A DNA stretch of 64,000 bases, from NCBI GenBank assembly GCA_049694315.1, contig JBAVQU010000023.1:1135-65134 (forward strand). The letters run 5' to 3'. The position numbers and the translations under genes were made by a program. This stretch comes from Candidatus Zixiibacteriota bacterium. Lineage in GTDB: Bacteria; Zixibacteria; MSB-5A5; SM1-73. The notes below the pieces were generated by a model. That model saw only the letters and a program-made list of their open reading frames with translations, did no database searches and was not told the origin of the DNA. Below, piece by piece: positions 58,931 through 64,000 of this stretch; position 1 is the first letter of the stretch, and the number at the start of each line of letters is the position of its first letter.

Positions 58931-59737
58931 ATGTGTGAATTCTGTACTGAACATGGAGAGGGAAAGAAGTGGTATCTGGTCATGAGCAACTACTCCCGAG
59001 AACTCTATGCCCAGAAAGGGAGAGCAGAGTTCCTGGAGCATTTCATGGCTAATTTCGAGGAGGGCAACGCGAAAGGATTGGCAAAGCTGGACGCCATCAG
59101 AAACAACCCCTTTTTCCTTCGTCTTATCCGGCTTATGACTACCCGCAAGGAAAAGGCGACGCATTTTGGGCAGGTGGTCCCCATCGAGGACGTGGAGCAG
59201 ATCATCGATATGCAGGATTCTATCGTGCGTCTGCCCTGCGTTTGCCGTAGTTTGCTCACCGGACGCCAAACCCGTTATTGCTTTGGCCTCGGCGTTGATC
59301 TATCGGGAATTTTAGGGAAGTATCCCGACTATTCCCACAGCTTTGAAGTGTTGAAAAGGGAGGAGGCTAAAAAGCTTTTGCACTCATTCGACGAGCAAGG
59401 TCTGGTTCATTCCGTCTGGACGTTCAAGACTCCGTACATTGGCGGCCTGTGCAATTGTGATCAGGATTGCTTGGCTTACCGTATTCAGGTGAAGGAAAAG
59501 CTGTTGCCGACCATGTTCCGAGCCGAGTATGTAGCAACTGTTGACTGGGAGCTATGCTCTGGCTGTAAGGAGTGCATCTCGCAGTGTCAATTCGGAGCGA
59601 TTCTATACTCCAATACCCACAAGAAATCAAACATCAACGTCTCCGAGTGTTACGGTTGCGGCGTGTGTCGTGCTGCCTGCGCTCAGGGAGCCATCAAGTT
59701 GAAACCTCGCTCAGAGTTCTCTGGGTTACCCTGGTAG
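58931..59737 (+). CDS. Cys-rich iron-sulfur protein: novel N-terminal Cys-motif domain plus C-terminal 2x[4Fe-4S] ferredoxin domain
   Basis: The C-terminus has two CxxCxxCxxxC motifs (CSGCKECISQC and CYGCGVCRAAC). The N-terminal region has extra Cys clusters (MCEFC, PCVCRS, GGLCNCDQDC) of unrecognised family. Confidence 0.6.
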   Translation: MCEFCTEHGEGKKWYLVMSNYSRELYAQKGRAEFLEHFMANFEEGNAKGLAKLDAIRNNPFFLRLIRLMTTRKEKATHFGQVVPIEDVEQIIDMQDSIVRLPCVCRSLLTGRQTRYCFGLGVDLSGILGKYPDYSHSFEVLKREEAKKLLHSFDEQGLVHSVWTFKTPYIGGLCNCDQDCLAYRIQVKEKLLPTMFRAEYVATVDWELCSGCKECISQCQFGAILYSNTHKKSNINVSECYGCGVCRAACAQGAIKLKPRSEFSGLPW

Positions 59738-59816
59738 GTCCGAAATGCCCGTTAGGGCTTTCGGACGAATTGAATATGTCGGATAGTCCCCAAACGGGGA
59801 CATATCCGACCTACAA
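59734..59816 (+). repeat. Structured about 83-nt repeat, family C, copy 1 (upstream of the small ferredoxin gene)
   Basis: GTAGGTCCGAAATGCCCGTTAGGGCTTTCGGACGAATTGAATATGTCGGATAGTCCCCAAACGGGGACATATCCGACCTACA. The terminal inverted repeat GTAGGTC/GACCTAC encloses two hairpins (GTCCGAAA...TTTCGGAC and TCGGATAGTCCCC...GGGGACATATCCGA). Confidence 0.7.
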
Positions 59817-59845
59817 CGACTCTTGAGGTTGAAAGAGAGGAAGGA

Positions 59846-60070
59846 ATGAAAATAGAAATCAATGCGCAGGCATGTGGGAACCCGCTGGATTGCCGCCTGT
59901 GTCTGGATCGCTGTCCGGAGAAGGTTTTTGGAACCTATCCCAGACAGGGAAGGAAGCCGGGTGTTTCAGCCGAAGACTGGGTCATTTTCCCCATGTTCAT
60001 TTCGCAGTGCACCGGCTGTTTGGAGTGCGTTGTTTTTTGTCCACATAGGGCAATCTCGGTGCAAAAGTGA
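59846..60070 (+). CDS. Small 2x[4Fe-4S]-type ferredoxin (atypical first cluster motif)
   Basis: 74 aa. First motif CGNPLDCRLCLDRCP is atypical. Second motif CTGCLECVVFCP is canonical. RBS GAGAGGAAGGA upstream. Confidence 0.55.
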   Translation: MKIEINAQACGNPLDCRLCLDRCPEKVFGTYPRQGRKPGVSAEDWVIFPMFISQCTGCLECVVFCPHRAISVQK

Positions 60071-60097
60071 TCGTGTCTTCAGGAGATCGAGACATTT

Positions 60098-60180
60098 GTA
60101 GGTCCGAAATGTCGTTTAGGACTTTCGAATGAAATAGAAAATGTCGGATAGTCCCCATATGGGAACTAAACTTCTATCCG
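60098..60180 (+). repeat. Structured repeat, family C, copy 2 (degenerate; upstream of the AT-rich hypothetical gene)
   Basis: GTAGGTCCGAAATGTCGTTTAGGACTTTCGAATGAAATAGAAAATGTCGGATAGTCCCCATATGGGAACTAAACTTCTATCCGA. About 75% identical to copy 1, with a small insertion. Confidence 0.6.
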
Positions 60181-60198
60181 AAGGAAAAAATAAATATA

Positions 60199-60692
60199 TG
60201 GCTACCTCGATAGTTGCGGATATTATTAAAGGGTTTGTTAATCTTATTGTTAAAGCTTCAGAATGGTTTTTTGCTTATCCCGTTAACATCAACTATGTCG
60301 GACAATTTGAAACAGAGAAGGGATACGTTTTTGTTATAGAAGTATATACTGAAGAAAACCGAGTAATTCAAATTCCCAAAAAGAGTTTTAGCATCAAAAT
60401 TATAGTTGACTCTAAGTTAGCGCATAGAATGAAGGAGAAGCGTGTTTATGGAGAACATATAGACATTTTTGATTCAGAAGTTCTGTTAAAGACTTATCTT
60501 AGTGACAGAACCTATGGTAATGTACTTAATTATGTAGCCTGTCATAAACAATGTCAACGTTTGTTCTTGTTGACTCGTGTCAAAGGTCCCAATAGTGAAA
60601 ATCCTTCTTTACGTTTTCAACTCGGTAAGTTTTATCAAAAAGTAAAAATAAAGGTGATTGTAAAACATCTGACACCAATTATATTGGTGTAG
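60199..60692 (+). CDS. Hypothetical protein in an AT-rich island (no recognisable domain)
   Basis: 164 aa from MATSIVADIIKGF. AAGGA RBS 13 nt upstream. The ORF track started at an ATG inside the repeat at 60141. GC content is markedly lower than the flanking genes. Confidence 0.4.
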
Positions 60693-60923
60693 ATGGACAT
60701 AAAATCCTTTCATCTCATTGTTAGACAAGAGAAGACAGCCAAGCGTTTTTTGGCAAAGCGGTTGTGGAAAAACTGCCGTCATTATTGCAATCCCCAGGAA
60801 GCAAAGGCGGCTCAGAAACGTTCTTGTATCTTATGGGAATGTAATCTCTGTAAGCAAAATACCATTTTCCGTCAGGTCAAGAAATGCGTCGGGACACATA
60901 TGAACCTGGCGGGCACAGGATAG
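60693..60923 (+). pseudogene. Remnant of an IS1595-family transposase N-terminus (zinc-ribbon region), truncated
   Basis: 76-aa ORF ...KRFLAKRLWKNCRHYCNPQEAKAAQKRSCILWECNLCKQNTIFRQ. It resembles the RWPNG-x-CP-x-CG...LWQCKxCxxQxSVTAGTIF signature of IS1595 transposases but is degraded and lacks the DDE domain. Confidence 0.35.
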
Positions 60924-60942
60924 ATGCGGATTGCAGGTTTCG

Positions 60943-61998
60943 TTACGACCGCTTGTACCATTTGATTACTTTGATACCATCTTTGTATGATTCACAGAAA
61001 ACATAAAAGTTTCCTTTTGGATCTAAGAATGCACAGGTGAAGCCAACCTTAAACAAACCTGTATATGGTTCCCCGCAGTCATATTGGAATTCTGCTATTG
61101 ATGATCCTCTTGGGTCATATTTTCTGACGATCATCGACTCTCTTTGATCATCATATGCCTCAGTGTAAAGATTCAGGCGCTCATCGTACCCAAAGAGAGA
61201 TCCCATCGTCGAATGAAACGGCTGAGTAGTATCTCCATCAAAACTCATCAGGTAACCACCTTTGAAGAAGACATCCTTGTCCGCAGTAGCAGAATTTGAT
61301 CCCAGAGAGCCCTCTCGGAGAGACCTTTTCTGTTCTTGAAACGACAAAGGAACTGTTGAGGCGCCCACCTGGTAGAACCCGTATGACACACCCTCTATGA
61401 ACACTCTTCCTTTGTTATCACAGTGAACAAGATTAGCCGTCCTCTTTACGTCGATAAATGCTGGATAGCTGGCGATTGGTTTTCCATTGTGATCACACTT
61501 GTCAACACAACCTGGTCCACCTCGTCCTTTTGCACCGTAACGCAGGAGGAATAAGTTATCGTTATCATCCGCACAAATGTCAACTACGGCTTTGCCATCA
61601 GGGATTGGGATAACGGAAAGGAACTGCCCACTTGAGTTGTATTCTTGGATTCTCTTGTTCAATGGATCGCTTATGTAAATATCCCCGTTGGGTGCAACTG
61701 TAAAAGCATCAGGTCCTAATTCTGTTTCTTCAGACACATAATGCCCAAATTCTCCCGGCTTTGATTCTTCCCCTCCGGCACCTTGGTACAGATTCTTCTC
61801 TCCCCAGGGAGCCTGAACGACCACTTCGGGGATGTAAGCCTCCCGCGCTATTGTGTCTTGTGATTCAGTTAGCCTGGGAGGAATGGTCTCGTGTTTTTCT
61901 TGGGTGAATAAAACATTCACCCTAATGAAGAGCAGAAGTCCACAAAGAACTACCAGCCCTACTACAAAGTTCGATGTAGGTTTTTTCATTTTGCCCAA
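60943..61998 (-). CDS. Secreted/membrane-anchored NHL-repeat (beta-propeller) protein, paralog 1
   Basis: N-terminal signal/anchor MGKMKKPTSNFVVGLVVLCGLLLF. NHL-like repeat FTVAPNGDIYISDPLNKRIQEYNSSGQF. C-terminal KVIKWYKRS shared with paralog 2. Confidence 0.7.
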   Translation of the reverse strand: MGKMKKPTSNFVVGLVVLCGLLLFIRVNVLFTQEKHETIPPRLTESQDTIAREAYIPEVVVQAPWGEKNLYQGAGGEESKPGEFGHYVSEETELGPDAFTVAPNGDIYISDPLNKRIQEYNSSGQFLSVIPIPDGKAVVDICADDNDNLFLLRYGAKGRGGPGCVDKCDHNGKPIASYPAFIDVKRTANLVHCDNKGRVFIEGVSYGFYQVGASTVPLSFQEQKRSLREGSLGSNSATADKDVFFKGGYLMSFDGDTTQPFHSTMGSLFGYDERLNLYTEAYDDQRESMIVRKYDPRGSSIAEFQYDCGEPYTGLFKVGFTCAFLDPKGNFYVFCESYKDGIKVIKWYKRS

Positions 61999-62007
61999 TC
62001 CATGACA

Positions 62008-63093
62008 CTATTGCTTATACCATTTGATAACTTTGATTCCATCGTTTTCCAATGATTGACAGAATATGTAAATGTTACCTTGATTGTCTAAGTAACAACA
62101 ATTGAGTGCACTATCATGTATGCCGTAGTATGTTTCGGGGCAATCATATTTGAAGCATGAAACATATTCTCCTTTCTCATTGTATTTCTTCACTTCCATT
62201 GTGCGAGTTTTACTATTATATATTTGAGTATAAATGTTGAGATTTTCATCACAACCAAGGAACTCACCCTGTATTGATTTGAAAACATGAAGAGTGTCTT
62301 CGTTAAAGTTGAAAGCGTAAAGACTACCGAGTCCTGTCTTGTGGAGTAATGAATCAGGTCGGAAGAACAGATTATTATCCAAAGCAACTGAATTAAAACC
62401 TATTAACCCGTTCTTGATAGATTTCTTCTGTTGTTTCTCTGTGAAAGGTCGCTCTGAAGTGCCTACTTGGTAAAATATAGATCCACCTATGTAATGGGGG
62501 TGAGAATGAAACACTCTTCCAAATTTGTCACAGCAAACAAAACTACATGCAAACTCTTCAAAAACATAATAAGTCATAAGGAGAATGCCTTTAGGATTAT
62601 ACTTAAAAATGAAGTTTTTTTCGCAATCGGTAAGAAAGATATCTTGATTCTGGTCGATGCTCAAGCAAACATTTTCCATGTCTCTATCCAATGGCTCGAT
62701 TGAGGATACAAAATTCCCTTCTTGATTAAATTTCTGAATTCTTTTGTTCAACGGGTCGACAATGTAAATATCTCCATTGGGGGTCACAGTGAAAGCATTA
62801 AAAAGACTTACGCTTCTTATGTCTTCCTCTGCTTGGTAGCCAAACTCCCCCGGCGGAGACTCCTCATTACCATACCGCAAACTGTTCTTAGCATAAGGAG
62901 CTGAAATAATTAACTTGGAGACATACGTTTCCAGGACTGTCGTATCTTGACAATTTGATGATTGAGATTGTTTAGACTCTTGTATTTCTTGGGCGAATCC
63001 CGCAAAATGCAAGATCCTAAAAAAGATCAAAAAACCAAAAAGAACCACCAGCCCAACTACAAAGATCGATGTAGGTTTTTTCATTTTGCTCAA
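62008..63093 (-). CDS. Secreted/membrane-anchored NHL-repeat (beta-propeller) protein, paralog 2 (AT-richer, more diverged)
   Basis: MSKMKKPTSIFVVGLVVLFGFLIF; FTVTPNGDIYIVDPLNKRIQKFNQEGNF; C-terminal KVIKWYKQ. Confidence 0.7.
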   Translation of the reverse strand: MSKMKKPTSIFVVGLVVLFGFLIFFRILHFAGFAQEIQESKQSQSSNCQDTTVLETYVSKLIISAPYAKNSLRYGNEESPPGEFGYQAEEDIRSVSLFNAFTVTPNGDIYIVDPLNKRIQKFNQEGNFVSSIEPLDRDMENVCLSIDQNQDIFLTDCEKNFIFKYNPKGILLMTYYVFEEFACSFVCCDKFGRVFHSHPHYIGGSIFYQVGTSERPFTEKQQKKSIKNGLIGFNSVALDNNLFFRPDSLLHKTGLGSLYAFNFNEDTLHVFKSIQGEFLGCDENLNIYTQIYNSKTRTMEVKKYNEKGEYVSCFKYDCPETYYGIHDSALNCCYLDNQGNIYIFCQSLENDGIKVIKWYKQ

Positions 63094-63175
63094 TTCACGA
63101 CACTATTGCTTGCGCCATCGTATTATCTGGATGCCTTCCTTGCCTGAGTAGATGAAGAGGTAAAAGTTTCCCTTG

Positions 63176-64000
63176 CTATCTAAATATATGGGTCTTTCGG
63201 TGACAGCGTATTCGGGGGGGGCTTAGGTTCCAGAGACCCATCAGTTCTCCTTTCCGGTCATACTCTCTAAGAATATACTTTCGGGGCTCGTCTGGTGTTC
63301 TGAGAGTGTAGATATTGAGATTCTCATCACATCCGAAGAACCACCCTTGAATTGGTTTGAAGGTCCGTGTAGTATCCCCACTGAGGGTAACTAAGCGCCC
63401 AGCCTTAAAGTAAAGCTTATTCCCCGCACTAACAGAATTATACCCCAGAGATCCTTCTCGAAAAGAGCTTTTCTGCTCTTCCGGTGAAAAAACACGGGCG
63501 GAAGCGCCAACCTGGCAAAACCCAAATAAGGCAGTGTAATTGTCTCCCTCTTTCACATCCTGAAAGAACTGCATGAACACCCTACCCGAGTTGTCGCAGT
63601 GAATGCTCCACATTTCTCTACCTTCCATCTGGACGGGATAGCTTTGCAGGAGGTTTCCACTTTGGTCATACTTATTGATAAACCACTTATCCTTGGGTAT
63701 CGCACTTTGAGCAGTGAAGAGATAGATATTATTGTCTTGGTCCACACACATCTCTCCGCCAATAAGGGGGATAATAGAGATGAACTGTCCATTGGGACCG
63801 AACTTCTGGATTCTTTTGTTAAGAGGATCTGAGATGTAAATGTCCCCGTTGGGGGCAACCGTAAAGTGGGTCGGGGCTAATTCTGTCTCCACACTCGAAT
63901 AATGCCCGAACTCACCCGGCTTTGATTCTTCCCCTCCGGCATCTTGGTACAAATTCTTCTCTCCCCAGGGAGCCTTAACCACCACTTCGAGGACGTAGCT
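63176..64000 (-). CDS. NHL-repeat (beta-propeller) protein, paralog 3; N-terminus runs off the window end
   Basis: The frame stays open to position 64000 (…SYVLEVVVKAPWGEKNLYQDAGGEESKPGEFGHY…FTVAPNGDIYISDPLNKRIQKFGPNGQF). Nucleotides 63895-64000 are about 85% identical to 61735-61860 of paralog 1. Confidence 0.7.
   Translation of the reverse strand, partial: SYVLEVVVKAPWGEKNLYQDAGGEESKPGEFGHYSSVETELAPTHFTVAPNGDIYISDPLNKRIQKFGPNGQFISIIPLIGGEMCVDQDNNIYLFTAQSAIPKDKWFINKYDQSGNLLQSYPVQMEGREMWSIHCDNSGRVFMQFFQDVKEGDNYTALFGFCQVGASARVFSPEEQKSSFREGSLGYNSVSAGNKLYFKAGRLVTLSGDTTRTFKPIQGWFFGCDENLNIYTLRTPDEPRKYILREYDRKGELMGLWNLSPPRIRCHRKTHIFR

Noticed and set aside
59734-60180. Possible CRISPR array, prompted by the direct repeats flanking the ferredoxin gene
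   Set aside because: There are only two copies. They are about 83 nt long, imperfect and about 360 nt apart with a real CDS between them, and there are no cas genes. They are treated as a MITE-like or regulatory repeat instead.
60141-60198. ATG at 60141 (MSDSPHMGTK...) as the start of the AT-rich gene
   Set aside because: That ATG lies inside repeat copy 2 and has no RBS, and the same ATGTCGGATAGTCCCC occurs in copy 1 with no downstream ORF. The ATG at 60199 has an AAGGA RBS.

Overview
This 64 kb window appears to come from a Gram-negative (diderm) bacterium with about 50% GC, judging by the LptF/LptG genes, lgt, a putative outer-membrane barrel and the MreBCD/PBP2/RodA rod system. Coding density is high, with roughly 57 CDS. 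No rRNA, tRNA or CRISPR array was seen.

Gene content, in order along the window:
- **Signalling island (1-7399).** Two tandem Rcp1-like single-domain response regulators are followed by a 1152-aa hybrid histidine kinase (REC, several PAS domains, HisKA, HATPase, a degenerate GGDEF-like domain, REC), three more orphan CheY-like regulators and a GspE/PilB-family ATPase. No other pilus or type II secretion genes are present.
- **Housekeeping and envelope genes (7819-22460).** A secreted DUF4097-like beta-helix repeat protein, an HI0933-family flavoprotein, a metallophosphoesterase, a C69 dipeptidase, comF, lgt, rodA, mrdA, mreD, mreC, ptsN, a small Trm112-like ORF and accA.
- **Cell-surface glycan locus (22488-36255, all minus strand).** It encodes several GT2 and GT4 glycosyltransferases, a YfhO-like protein, an LPG-synthase-TM-like protein, a GT39-like/TPR membrane protein and a WbpB/WbpD/WbpE-like trio for a UDP-diacetamido sugar.
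- **Mixed housekeeping block (36356-58827).** An MBL-fold hydrolase, an adenosine-kinase-like protein, lptF/lptG, a YhaM-like HD/OB protein, mreB (22 kb away from mreCD), an envelope-stress module (ECF sigma factor, zinc-finger anti-sigma factor, two LTXXQ/Spy-like proteins and a lipoprotein HExxH protease), RNase R, a sigma54 activator, an esterase, PSRP, saccharopine dehydrogenase, a CBS protein, a methyltransferase and a putative outer-membrane barrel.
- **Accessory-looking right end (58931-64000).** A Cys-rich 4Fe-4S protein, a small ferredoxin flanked by roughly 83-nt structured direct repeats, an AT-rich hypothetical gene, an IS1595-like transposase remnant and three tandem secreted NHL-repeat paralogs with a signature of gene conversion.

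At least four families of short structured or palindromic intergenic repeats occur. One is a tandem pair whose two copies differ by a compensatory base-pair change. All functional assignments are motif-level reads of the translated ORFs, because no database search was possible.
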